NCBI GenBank assembly: GCA_038087875.1 | Contig: CM075981.1 | Span: 65,968,001 to 66,032,000, forward strand | DNA length: 64,000 nucleotides | Direction of reading: 5' to 3' | From: Malacoraja senta | Lineage: Eukaryota | Shown here: piece by piece, positions 27,701 to 40,181 of the stretch | How positions within the stretch are numbered: position 1 is the first letter of the stretch | Layout: the number at the start of each line of letters is the position of its first letter | The notes under the pieces: generated by a model | What the model saw: the letters and a program-made list of their open reading frames with translations, nothing else | Databases searched by the model: none | What the model was told of the DNA's origin: nothing | Position numbers and translations under genes: made by a program

Positions 27701-28009
27701 CAAAATATGCATGAGTATTGTGAAGTACTGGTACAATGAAATAACTTGTTTGCATTAGATGTACCTAAAAGTGAAATGCCATCTTGACAAAGCATAGATA
27801 CATACTATAAGCAGGGTTGAATAAAAAGTCTAACTGATCCCACAATCCAATCCATAAGATCAAATTCATAAATTTCTTCACACCGAATAGTGAATAGGTT
27901 GTGGACAGCTAGGTATAATGGAAGGAAGATGTTCTAAGGATTACCGTATTGGACGAATGCTGAAGAATTTGCAAACATCATTTGCCATAAGTGGTGAATG
28001 AATGATCCA

Positions 28010-28390
28010 AAGATAGACACAATGTGCTGGAGTAAGCCAGCGGGTCAGGCTGCATCTCTGGAAAAAAAGATGGGTGATGATTTGGACTTCTTAAGACTGA
28101 AAGTAGAGGTGGGGCGGGACGGGGACGTGGGACGGGGAGAAACGGGACGACTGAAGATAGGAAAAGACCAAAACAAATCAGGGTCGGCATCAGATAACCA
28201 AGGACGGGTGGAGTCCATAATGGCTTCTTGTTGGCTGGGGAAGAGGTGATAATGAAGGGATATAGGGATGCGAACAGTGGAATTAGTTAGGTGACTAGGG
28301 TGCGGAAAGGTGGAAGGAGGGAATGCAGGGGTTACTTGAAATTAGAGATATCAACATTCATACCGCTGGGTTGTAAGCTGCCCAAGCGAA
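28010..28390 (-). mobile_element. PLE pLTR/3' fragment
   Basis: AGATAGACACAATGTGCTGGAGTAAGCCAGCGGGTCAGGC..GGGTTGTAAGCTGCCCAAG is the reverse complement of the PLE end at ~1390-1720. Confidence 0.75.
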
Positions 28391-28532
28391 AAAAAAGTAA
28401 ATGGATGATCCATCTCAGCTTGTGGTCACTTAATAAGCAAAGCCTCTCAAGCCACTTTAATTCACTCTATGTGTCAGAAAATGATTGCCCATTGGATGCA
28501 CCAAAGTTCATGAGATCAGAGAACATGCCTGT

Positions 28533-30980
28533 TAGAAACATAGAAACATAGAAATTAGGTGCAGGAGTAGGCCATTCGGCCCTTCGAGCCTGCACCGCCA
28601 TTCAATATGATCATGGCTGATCATCCAACTCAGTATCCCGTACCTGCCTTCTCTCCATACCCTCTGATCCCTTTAGCCACAAGGGCCACATCTAACTCCC
28701 TCTTAAATATAGCCAATGAACTGGCCTCGACTACCCTCTGTGGCAGATAGTTCCAAAGATTCACCACTCTCTGTGTGAAAAAAGTTCTTCTCATCTCGGT
28801 TTTAAAGGATTTCCCCCTTATCCTTAAGCTGTGACCCCTTGTCCTGGACTTCCCCAACATCGGCAGCAATCTTCCTGCATCTAGCCTGTCCAACCTCTTA
28901 AGAATTTTGTAAGTTTCTATGATCCCCTCTCAATCTCCTAAATTCTAGAGAGTATAAACCAAGTCTATCCAGTCTTTCTTCATAAGACAGTCCTGACATC
29001 TCAGGAATCAGTCTGGTGAACCTTCTCTGCACCCCCTCTATGGCAATAATGTCCTTCCTCAGATTTGGAGACCAAAACTGTACGCAATACTCCAGGTGTG
29101 GTCTCACCAAGACCCTGTACAACTGCAGTAGAACCTCCCTGCTCCTATACTCAAATCCTTTTGCTATGAAAGCTAACATACCATTGGCTTTCTTCACTGC
29201 CTGCTGCACCTGCATGCCTACTTTCAATGACTGGTGTACCATGACACCCAGGTCTCGCTGCATCTCCCCATTTCCTAATCGGCCACCATTTAGATAATAG
29301 TCTGCTTTCCTGTTTTTGCCACCAAAGTGGATAACCTCACATTTATCCACATTATACTGCATCTGCCAAACATTTGCCCACTCACCCAGCCTATCCAAGT
29401 CACCTTGCAGTCTCCTAGCATCCTCCTCACAGCTAACACTGCCCCCCAGCTTAGTGTCATCCGCAAACTTGGAGATATTGCCTTCAATTCCCTCATCCAG
29501 ATCATTAATATATATTGTAAATAGCTGGGGTCCCAGCACTGACCCTTGCGGTACCCCACTAGTCACTGCCTGCCATTGTGAAAAGGACCCGTTTACTCCT
29601 ACTCTTTGCTTCCTGTTTGCCAGCCAGTTCTCTATCCACATCAATACTGAACCCCCAATGCCATGTGCTTTAAGTTTGTATACTAATCTTTTATGTGGGA
29701 CCTTGTCGAAAGCCTTCTGGAAGTCCAGATACACCACATCCACTGGTTCTCCCCTATCCACGCTACTAGTTACATCCTCGAAAAATTCTATAAGATTCGT
29801 CAGACATGATTTACCTTTCGTAAACCCATGCTGACTTTGTCCAATGATTTCACTACTTTCCAAATGTGCTGCTATCCCATCTTTAATAACTGACTCTAGC
29901 AGTTTCCCCACTACCGATGTTAGACTAACTGGTCTGTAATTCCCCGTTTTCTCTCTCCCTCCCTTCTTAAAAAGTGGGGTTACGTTTGCTACCCGCCAAT
30001 CCTCAGGAACTACTCCAGAATCTAAAGAGTTTTGAAAGATTATTACTAATGCATCCACTATTTCTGGAGCTACTTCCTTAAGTACTCTGGGATGCAGCCT
30101 ATCTGGCCCTGGGGATTTATCGGCCTTTAATCCATTCAATTTACCCAACACCACTTCTCGACTAACCTGGATTTCACTCAATTCCTCCAACTCCTTTGAC
30201 CCGCGGTCCCCTGCTATTTCCGGCAGATTATTTATGTCTTCGTTAGTGAGGACGGAACCAAAGTAGTTATTCAATTGGTCCGCCATACCCTTGTTCCCCA
30301 TGATCAACTCACCTGTTTCTGACTGCAAGGGACCTACATTTGTTTTAACTAATCTCTTTCTTTTCAGATATCTATAAAAACTTTTGCAGTCAGTTTTTAT
30401 GTTCCCTGCCAGTTTTCTTTCATAATCTATTTTTCCTTTCCTAATTAAGCCCTTTGTCCTCCTCTGTTGGTCTCTGAATTTCTCCCAGTCCTCCGGTATG
30501 CTGCTTTTTCTGGCTAATTTGTACGCATCATCCTTCGCTTTGATACCATCCCTGATTTCCCTTGTTTGTAGTTCATCCATGCAGTCTTTAAATGTCTTCC
30601 ATTGCATATCCACCGTCAACCCTTTTAGAATTAATTGCCAGTCAATCTTGGCCAATTCACATCTCATACCCTCAAAGTTACCTTTCTTTAAGTTCAGAAC
30701 CATTGTTTCTGAATTAACAATGTCACTCTCCATCCTAATGAAGAACTCAACCATATTATGGTCACTCTTGCCCAAGGGGGCACGTACAACAAGACTGCTA
30801 ACTAACCCTTCCTCATTACTCAATACCCAGTCTAAAGTAGCCTGCTCTCTCGTTGGTTCCTCTACATGTTGATTTAGATAACTATCCCGCATACATTCCA
30901 AGAAATCCTCTTCCTCAGCACCCCTGCCAATTTGATTCACCCAATCTATATGTAGATTGAAGTCACCCATTATAACTGTT
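28533..30980 (-). mobile_element. Young CR1 LINE, 5'-truncated within APE, long open RT frame
   Basis: ORF 28898-31132 from IMGDFN through [30 protein letters not shown] and KFADDTK to RGD; tail (TTTCTATG)n. Confidence 0.93.
28898..30980 (-). pseudogene. CR1 ORF2 remnant (partial APE plus intact RT motifs; in-frame internal deletion; C-terminal frameshift)
   Basis: 744-aa ORF whose first ~50 aa are flanking DNA; linker deletion at DCMDELQ|TREIRDG (~30566); frameshift near 28920. Confidence 0.85.
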
Positions 30981-31442
30981 GTGGTGTTGAAGAATAATGA
31001 TCTAAAACTAAAGTCCGTGGGAACAAAAGAGAGGATTCTCCACACTATAGTCATACTTTGCATAAAGTTGTGGTTGTTGGAAGCCAATTGTTTCAGCTCA
31101 AAACATAACTGCAGGCAGTATTCCAGACTCAACCATTTTCAGCTACTTCATCAATGTCTGATCAGAAGTGAGTATGTTCACTAATGATTTAATTCCATTC
31201 ACAGCTTTTCAAGTAGTGGTACAGAATATGCCTGTATGCAGCAAGATGGGGAAAGTTCAGGCAAGTGCATGTGTGGCAAATAACAGTCATATCACACAAG
31301 GGACTGTGGTGACAATGGTTAACCACCTTGTTTTGAAGCTTTGCTGGTTTATCATCGCTGAGTTCCTCAGCCATGAACATTGTGTCCAGAGTTGTAAGTG
31401 GACCAACCACAGGTCAAAGGGTGGGTATCTTGTGGTGAGTGA

Positions 31443-32171
31443 TGGGACTGTCCAACTTAGGCGATTTTTCAGCGGACTGCCGGCAACTGTCAAGTTGCCG
31501 GCAGTCGCCTGAAAAACTGGCAACTGGAACAGCGACTGTCAGAGTGGAACACACACACACACAAACACATCGCTTCCTTCACCAGCCCGTTATGCAGGCG
31601 GGGGACAGGGCAAGCGGGGGAGTGCTGTCTAAAAAATTCACATGGTGCAAAGCCAAGGTGATACAGACACACACCACGATGAATAGGAAGGTTGGCGCTG
31701 TAAAAAGACGGCTAAAGCACAGTAAGGGGGGAGAAGGAGACATCTTTTAAGAAGCCAAGGATGCACGGCTGTGAATCTCGGCAGACATTTTACATTATCG
31801 GTCAGTTATCCATGGTTCTGAAAACTACTGCTTACCTTTTTTCTCCCAATGAGCCAATGAAATTCACCGGTCTGCACCGGCTACAACCTACGAGAACCTC
31901 CGAGAACCTTCGACCTCCTGGCAAACCACCTACGGCTCGAGAATTCTCGCTACTCTCCATGGCGGCTTCATTCTAGTCGCCGCAAATTTTTCAACATGTT
32001 GAAAAATTCACGGCGTCCATAATGAGGCCGCGACTAGTTCCCAGAATGCAGGAACTCCTCACGACCATGAAGGTGACTCCCTGGCAACCACCCGCGAACA
32101 TGTGGTGACTATGTGGTGACTGCATAGTCTCCTGCAGTCGCCTAAAAAGTCATCTAAGTAGGACAGGCCCA
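31443..32171. mobile_element. PIF/Harbinger-like MITE (729 bp), same family as 56135-56858 in opposite orientation
   Basis: TIRs TGGGACTGTCCAACTTAG / CTAAGTAGGACAGGCCCA; TSD TGA at 31440-31442 and 32172-32174. Confidence 0.85.
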
Positions 32172-32174
32172 TGA

Positions 32175-32650
32175 CTCACCCCCTTGCTCGCAGATCCTTT
32201 CTACTATCTTTAAGAGCATACTCAGAAGTGTGATGGAAGTCAGTCCACCTGCCTGGATTAACAATACTTAGAACCCTCAACATGTTTGAAGATAGAACAT
32301 CCTCCTGATTGGTTTTGCACCCACCATTCTAAGGAGTCATTCTCTCCACTGCTAGTGCACAGTGGCTACAGTGTGTGGCATCTACAAGTTGCAGTGCAGT
32401 TACTCACTAAGTTGACTTTGATATCAAATCCGCAATCAAGATGGCCATCGAGGAGCAGAAGCATAGGAGTGCCAGTTCTTGAAGGTTCTTCTCAACATTG
32501 TATGCTATCCTGACTTTTAAATACATAGCTTTTCCTTCATAGTCACTGGGTCAAAATCCTGGAACTCTATCCACACCCGCATTACGAGAGCATGTTTACC
32601 AGAAAGACTGGAGCATTCCAAGAGGAATTAGGTATGGACGAATAATGCCA
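32175..32650 (+). mobile_element. Ancient non-LTR retrotransposon 3' remnant (clade uncertain)
   Basis: CACTGGGTCAAAATCCTGGAACTC (W-N-S motif) ..GAATTAGG.ATGG..AATAATGC resembles LINE 3' ends; very degraded. Confidence 0.4.
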
Positions 32651-34585
32651 TTATCCCATGAATATAATTGAAATGAGAAGAAATGTGCATCTTCCTCTTT
32701 TCTTATGGTCCTGTCTGAGATGGTTAAGCTGTGAAGGTATGTGCAGGAACTGGAGGTAATTTGGATAGCTAGGTTGTGAAAGTTATTGTTGGAATGAAGG
32801 CAGTCGAGAAGGGTATAATTGAAAGCTTAGAGTCCCATCAACTTAATAGCAGGAAGAAACATGCTTACGGGTATAATTTAATAAGCTGTGATTGCAGGCC
32901 TGGTTAAAACACTCAGTAAAGGATAGGCAGATTGTACATTTTAATTGAGTTCGAGGGATTTGATCTCAATGCAAAGGCATGAGGAGAGGAAAGTGTTCTG
33001 AGTGAGTTTTCAACACTGATCTAAATAACTAGACGGTTAAATTGAACCTTTCCCATTTCTCCAAGCAAGGTTCCCAGGGCATGAGATAAAATTAACAAGA
33101 TTCAAATAAGATCTTGTGCTAGGAATTTCATCCTTCCTTCAAAAGTAATGAATCTGAAATTGACCTCCAACTATAAATAATTAGTGCTGTGTCAACTATT
33201 ACTCTTTCTAACAAAAGGATGATTATTTGATGAGAAATTGCTTTAAGGCTTGTGAAAATGAACACACACTAAGATAATTGAATGATGTTTCTTTCACATC
33301 TGCTGAGAATTCAGAAACCAGATATTGATGAAGCAAATTGGACTAAGTTTGCATAATGTGGCCAGAAGTTTCAGATTAATGTTTCAAAGTTTTTCATAAC
33401 TTTGGAAACTAAAGAGAAGCACACCAGAATTTCCCTCCACAATAATATGGCTGAATTTCGAAACTTGTCTTGAGAAACATTCTGCATAAGCTTTAAAGCA
33501 TGGTAAGTTCCATACAATTGATGAAGTGTCAGTCAGGTGAGTTTTCACTAACTTAGCAATACTCCATCAAGTGAGTTTGCACTGTGAAGTTATCAGTTTA
33601 GAAAGTTTGTTTCAGTTTGAAAAATTATTCTGGTGTTTTTTTGTTCCTTTATTTGTTCCCACTTGTATCAAAATAATAAATTGTATATGTTAACATGGAT
33701 GTGGTGGGCCAAAAGGACGTTTTCTTTGACATACGACTCTATGACTAAATTTGGAACCATTTATTCCATGTTACTGGAATATATAAGTGGGATCATTCCT
33801 TAGCAAGGTTTAAGACATGCAGTGAGATGGTTTGTGAAAGGATAAGAATACGAAATACAGAGGGAAAGGGTAACGTAAGAGTACGTGCATTTCCATAATA
33901 AAGAATTGATTAAGGATTCACTCACAAACCAAGAGATGACAAAATATGCAAATCACACAGGAACTGGAGCAGGCCATTCAGCCCATCAAGTCTGTTCCAA
34001 AAGTAAACTACCAACGATGCCTGAAAAATGAAATATAATCAGAAGCTACTGTTAGTACTCAGCAGATTAGGCAGGATCAGCAGAGAGGAAGCAGTGAAAA
34101 CGCGTTTCAATGATCTTCCATCAGAATCGGACCTGCTGAGCAATTCCCAGATATTTTTCAAATTTTCAATTTGTTTCCAAGGTTGTTCTGATCTTTAATT
34201 TGATCTCTGTCTCATTTCTGCCCTCAACTAACACTAATCCATCAAGAGTCTTGAACATTTCAAATAAGCTTGAAGCCACAGTCATTGTATAAGAGTTCCA
34301 TAATTTCACTACCCTTGCATGAAACTTTAATGTTGTGTTCATTTGTTATGGATGCATTTTGGGAGAACTAATAATGTTAGCACAGATACAGTGAATGATG
34401 AGGCCGTAGGGAGTACTGAGCAACAGAGGGACTTCAGTGTACGTCAAAGGATGCCACACAGTGACAGCACGGGTAGATAAGACAATGAAGAAAACAGATA
34501 GGATACTTGACTTTATTAACTAACTAGACTAGAGCATAAAATATGGAAATGTATAATACACCCTTGGTTAGGTCAGAACTGGTTA

Positions 34586-34914
34586 CAGCGCTGCCAACTC
34601 TCACGCATTGAGCATGAGACTCACGCATTTCACGCAATTCTCACGCTGATCACAGAATTTGACGTTTTCAGTTGTCGCTGACAAGGTCGTAGCTTGTCGT
34701 ATTTTATCGCGGGTGGACGTAAGTTGACTTCGGTTGTCGTAGGTTGTCGCCTGTGTGATTGTAGGTTGACGTCCCAATTCACGAGGAATTGTGTCGCCGG
34801 TCGAAGTAGCTTGTAGTAGCTTGACGTCGACTAGGTGGTAGCTTGCCGTAGACATTGTCGTAGGGTGGGTCCAGATTTCTCACTCTCAACTCTCACCCAA
34901 TGTTGGCAGCCCTG
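34586..34914. mobile_element. Non-autonomous DNA transposon with hAT (Tip100-like) termini
   Basis: TIRs CAGCGCTGCCAAC / GTTGGCAGCCCTG; direct repeat TGGTTA at 34580-34585 and 34915-34920. Confidence 0.7.
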
Positions 34915-35034
34915 TGGTTACTGTATGCAGTTTCAATCACCAGACTACAGGAAGGACATGATTGTATTGGAAATTCACCAAGATGTTGCCTAGTGTGGAG
35001 GATATCAATTATGAGGAGTGATTGGATTGACTGG

Positions 35035-35870
35035 AAGGTACACAAAAATGCTGGAGAAACTCAGCGGGTGCAGCAGCATCTATGGAGCGAAGGAAACAGG
35101 CAACGTTTCGGGCCGAAACCCTTCTTCAGACTGATAGGGGGTGGGGAGAAGAAAGGAAAAAAGGCGGAGGAGGAGCCCGAGGGCTGGGGGAGGGGAGGAG
35201 ACAACCAGAGGGCTGATGAAGGGGAGGGGACAGCAAGGGCTAGCAGAATTTGGAGAATTCAATGTTCAAGCCCCCAGGATGTAGACTGCCTAAGCGGAAT
35301 ATGAGGTGCATTTCCTCCAATTTCCGGTGTTGCTCGCTGTGGCCATGGAGGAGACCCAGGACAGAGAGGTCAGATACGGAATGGGAGGGGGAGTTGAAGT
35401 GCTGAGCCACCGGGAGGTCAGGTTGGTTATTGCGGACCGACCGGAGGTGTTCGGCGAAACGATCGCCTTGGTCTCACCGATGTAGATCAGCTGGCATCTA
35501 GAGCAGCGGATGCAATAGATGAGGTTGGAGGAGATGCAGGTGAACCTCTGTCGCACCTGGAACGACTGCTTAGGTCCTTGAATGGAGTCGAGGGGGGAGG
35601 TGAAGGGACAAGTGTTGCATCTCTTGCGGTTGCAAGGGAAAGTACCCGGGGAGGGGGTGGTACAGGAGGGAAGGGAAGAATTGACAAGGGAGTTACGGAG
35701 GGAGTGGTCTTTGCGGAAGGCAGACATGGGGGGAGATGGGAAGATGTGGCGAATGGTGGGGTCACGTTGGAGGTGGCGAAACTGACGGAGCATCACTTGT
35801 TGTATGTGACGGCTGGTGGGGTGAAAGGTGAGGACTAGGGGGACTCTGCCCTTGTTGTGAGTGGGGGGTT
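35035..35870 (-). mobile_element. Penelope-like element, 5'-truncated: GIY-YIG endonuclease remnant plus pLTR
   Basis: ORF 35290-35796 PGTFPCNRKRCNTCPF..NLIYCIRCSRCQLIYIGETK (GIY-YIG with Cys-rich linker); 10-bp TSD GATTGACTGG at 35025-35034 and 35871-35880. Confidence 0.9.
35098..35134 (-). ncRNA. Minimal type-I hammerhead ribozyme motif in PLE pLTR
   Basis: Minus strand reads CAGU-CUGAAGA-A-GGGU(UUCG)GCCC-GAA-ACGU-U: both core boxes intact, helix II closed by a UUCG loop, palindromic helix III, GUU cleavage triplet. Confidence 0.75.
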
Positions 35871-36664
35871 GATTGACTGGGTTCGTTTTCCATATAGCAG
35901 AGGAGAATCTGATTATAGTTTACATAATTATGAGAGACGTGGAACAGGAAGATATTAAGAAGCTTTTCTCATGACAGTAATGTATAAAGTCAGAGGACAC
36001 GTTTAAGGTAAGAGATAGTTCTAATCGGGATCTGAGGAAGAGTCTTTTCACCAGACGTGGTTGGAATGTGTACGCACTACCTGAGTTGATGGTGATGGCA
36101 GGTACTCTCACAACATTTAAGCACTTATTATGGATGGGTCTTGAACAAGGTGGGCTGAAGGGTCAGTTGCATGCTATATAATTCTATAAGAACATAATTT
36201 ATCTGCATCCACTCTACTTTCCATTATCATTTCCTAGATTCCTTAAATACAGATTTCTGCAGCCTGTTTCTTAATCTAACCTTTCACACTTGTAAACCTA
36301 TATCGTGCCACCTTCAAGGCTAACTCTAGACAAGTCTGACGAAAGTCAATATTCTCGTTGTCTCTTTGCTTGCTTTTTCTGCTTATCTATCCATTGGTTT
36401 TTATTGATTTATTTAAGAATAAATTCTCATTCTCCTCCACAGTCTCCACTTTATCAAACTAAACTGCGAGGAATAAAATAAATAAAATGAATAAAGGGTA
36501 GATTTAAACATTTTTATCAGCTTTGGGTGAGATTAGGCACATCCAAATGAGGCCGGAAGGTTAGAGCTCCCTTCACATTGCAGAGGGACTAGAGAGAGAA
36601 CGCTTTTTTATTTTTGGACCCTGATTTTGGCCTGAATTCAATTTGTAACCACAATGCTTGAGTG

Positions 36665-37290
36665 AAATCGAATATAGGAGCAAAGAGGTCCTTCTGCAGT
36701 TGTTTAGAGCCCTAGTGAGACCACACCTAGAGTATTGTGTGCAGTTTTGATCCCCTAATTTGAGGAAGGACATTCTTGCTATTGAGGGAGTGCAGCGTAG
36801 GTTTACAAGCTTAATTCCCGGGATGGCGGGACTGTCAAATGCTGAGAGAATGGAGCAGCTGGGCTTGTACACTCTGGAGTTTAGAAGGATGAGAGGGAAT
36901 CTCATTGAAACGTATAAGATTGTTAAGAGCTTGGACACACTAGAGGCAGGAAACATGTTCATGATGTTGGGGGAGTCCAGAACCAGGGGCCACAGTTTAA
37001 GAATAAGGAGTAAGCCATTTAGAACGGAGACGAGGAAACACTTTTTCTCACAGAGAGTGGTGAGTCTGTGGAATTCTCTGCTTCAGAGGGCGGTGGATGC
37101 AGGTTCTCTGGATGCTTTCAAGAGAGAGCTAGATAACGCCCTTAAAAATAGCGGAGTCAGGGGATATGGGGAGAAGGCAGGAACGGGGTACTGATTGGGG
37201 ATGATCAGCCATGATCACATTGAATGGCGGTGCTGGCTCGAAGGGCCAAATGGCCTACTCCTGCACCTATTGTCTATTGTCTATTGTTTA
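36665..37290 (+). mobile_element. CR1 LINE 3' fragment, (CTATTGT)n family
   Basis: ORF 36760-37194; near-identical to the reverse complement of 15561-16160; tail CTATTGTCTATTGTCTATTGT. Confidence 0.9.
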
Positions 37291-39079
37291 TTGAAATAGA
37301 GGTGTATATATAAGTTAAGTATGAAGCAATTGGCTAAGAGCAATGGCCCAGGTTACCAGCTAATAACAGTTGCTGAATCATTTTTCCCCTTGCTTTCTTA
37401 ATCTTGGTTCCATTTGGCTCCTCTTGAGAACAAATCTTTTCTTGTGTGGAGTCCTGTCAGTGTTAATCATGAATGTAATCAAAGATCATAGCTCAAGTGT
37501 CAAGAGAAATTATTTATTTATAGTTAATTAATCAGTTGAAAAATCCCACCTCTCTATTTAATGAAGCTAAACCCACAGTGGATTGCCCTAACACACAATA
37601 ATAGCAAGCATTGCCACAGAAGGATTTATAGTCTGCGAGAATAAAAGAGCAAAAAACCTCACAGGGATATCATGAGGCAACTTTAGTAACAAGTTGCAAT
37701 TTTTATGAATAGAAAATGCTGAGTTTGGCAGGGGCATAAAAATATCAAAGATTCTTGGTGGAATAACAATTTTAATAATGGATAAAACGTTAATATTTAA
37801 TGTTATAAAGTGGATAACTGATTTTCATTTTGCTTTTTAATAATCTGATTTAATGAGTAGGAGGCACCTTAGCACTTATATTCATCAAGTATTCAGACAC
37901 CCATCCATGGCTGATGAGCTGCACAGACCCAATGGCAATATGATTGGAATACAGAGGGAACAAAACCCTCTTTAACATCCTTATTTTGCGGTTACACGGT
38001 ACATTAATGATTTTAATCAAAGAAGATGTCAATAATAAAAAACCCTGTAACTGCCTTGGCTGCAAGCAATGTCGACTGCAAACAAATGATGGGTTTGGAA
38101 CTTTGAACCATGAATGTTACACCTGAGACATTGTTTCACATAAAAAGGTAATATCATGGTTCGGAGTTACAGCATTTATTCCTCATGCGTACCACAGGGG
38201 ATAGTCAAATACTGTGCTTGTCAGAATCATCCCTTTTCCTTCCTATTCTTTTCTCTTGCATTCATTACCCTCTCCCATTTTGTAATAACCTTTTTTTCTC
38301 TTCCTCTCCTTTATGCTTAATGTTTTTTTATTTGTTTCTGCTAATAGTGGCAGAAACAAAGATTCATCATCAATTCCCTGAACTTAAGCTATGATGTTTG
38401 AAGGTTATTTTTTCCAGAAATTATTATCAAAGCATTCCTCATGTGCATGCCAAGCAGAAAAGTACATCATTAGTCAAAGATTATATCAACCTAATCTTCC
38501 TCTTCAGACATATTCTCACACAAGAACTGATATAATTCACTCGAATTAAAAAATCCTGATTACTTTATAAATTGCGATTTGCAATGATTTTTTTGTAGCA
38601 TTATTATGTAGATTTCTACATAATCTCTGAGATGTAGGTTGGAGTCATAGTGTTGGTACAGAAACTGGCTCTTTTATCCACCACACTGATCATTTCCCCA
38701 TCCACCTAAATCCCATTTGGTATCCTATGCCTATTCAAGTGCCTGTCTGAATGCCCTTTAAATGTAATTATTGTATCTGATTCCACCACCTCCTTTGGCA
38801 GTGAATTCATATTGGCTACTCCATTTAAATGCAGACTGCTGGAAAGTATTTGGGATTGGAAATACAGTGCCCTCCAGAATGTTTGGGACAAAGACCCATC
38901 ATTTATTTATTTGCCTCTGTACTCGACAATTTAAGTTTGGTGATAGAAAAAAAAATCACATGTGGTTAAAGTGCACATTGTCAGATTTTATTAAAGGCCA
39001 TTTTTGGACATTTTGGTTTCACAATGTAGAAATTACAGCAGTGTTTATACATAGTCCTTTTGCATAGTGCAAAAATAGG

Positions 39080-39708
39080 ATGGCCAGGTTACAGTTTGCC
39101 AAGAAGTACTTAAAAGAGCAACCGCAGTTCTGGAAAAATGTCTTGTGGACAGATGAGACGAAGATTAACTTATATCAGAGTGATGGCAAGAGCAAAGTAT
39201 GGAGGAGAGAAGGAACTGCCCAAAATGCAAAGCATGCCATCTCATCTGTGAAACACGATGGTGGGGGTGTTATGGCCTGGGCATGTCTGGCTGCTGAAGG
39301 TACTGGCTCACTTATCTTCATTGATGATGCAACTGCTGATGGTAGTAGCATAAGGAATTCTGAAGTGTATAGACACATCCTATCTGCTCAAGTTCAAACA
39401 AATGCCTCAAAACTCATTGGCCGGTGGTTCATTCTACAGCAAGACAATGATCCCAAACATACTGCTAAAGCAACAAAGGAGTTTTTCAAAGCTAAAATAT
39501 GGTCAATTCTTGAGTCAATCACCTGATCTGAACCCAATTGAGCATGCCTTTTATATGCTGAAGAGAAAACTGAAGGGTACTATCCTCCAAAACAAGCATA
39601 GCTTGCAAAGATGGCTGTAATACAGGCCTGGCAGAGCATCACCAGAGAAGACACCCAGCAACTGGTGATGTCCATGAATCGCAGACTTCAAGCAGTTGTT
39701 GCATGCAA
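39080..39708 (+). pseudogene. Tc1 DD34E transposase remnant
   Basis: VLWTDETK, GGGVMAW, LQQDNDPKH, then frameshifted SPDLNPIEH; C-terminus ..AVVACNGYATKY resumes at 40182 after the CR1; N-terminal DNA-binding domain deleted. Confidence 0.88.
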
Positions 39709-40181
39709 CAAAGTCCTGGGATGTCAGGACTTTCATATGAAGAAAGACTGGATAGACTCGGCTTGTACTCGCTAGAATTTAGAAGATTGCGGGGGGATCT
39801 TATAGAAACTTACAAAATTCTTAAGGGGTTGGACAGGCTAGATGCAGGAAGATTGTTCCCGATGTTGGGGAAGTCCAGCACAAGGGGGTCACAGTTTAAG
39901 GATAAAGGGGAAATCTTTTAGGACTGAGATGAGAAAAACATTTTTTACACAGAGAGTGGTGAATATCTGGAATTCTCTGTCACAGAATGTAGTTGAGGCC
40001 AGTTCATTGGCTATATTTAAGAGGGAGTTAGATGTGGCCCTTGTGGCTAAAGGGATCAGGGGGTATGGAGAGAAAGCAGGTACAGGATACTGAGTTGGAT
40101 GATCAGCCATGATCATATTGAATGGCGGTGCAGGCTCGAAGGGCTGAATGGCCTACTCCTGCACCTATTTTCTATGTTTCT
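39709..40181 (+). mobile_element. CR1 3' fragment, (TTTCTATG)n family, inserted in Tc1
   Basis: PGMSGLSYEERLDRLGLYSLEFRR; TSD ATGCAA at 39703-39708 and 40182-40187. Confidence 0.9.

Larger units (their letters stand above)
34330..36190 (+). mobile_element. Old CR1 3' region hosting a hAT-like element and a PLE
   Basis: CR1-like fragments (ATGCATTTTGGGAGAACTAAT, CAGAGGGACTT, TTCACCAAGATGTTGCC, GGAATGTGTACGCACTACCTGAG) continue collinearly across both inserts. Confidence 0.6.

Noticed and set aside
25927-29135. Apparent segmental duplication (25927-26521 vs 28533-29135)
   Set aside because: Similarity is confined to CR1 3' sequence; these are independent insertions of one family.
29016-29834. 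Long plus-strand ORFs opposite the CR1 RT
   Set aside because: Antisense shadow frames that recur in the CR1 copies.
37909-37945. CTGATGA as a hammerhead core
   Set aside because: No helix II followed by a GAAA box downstream.
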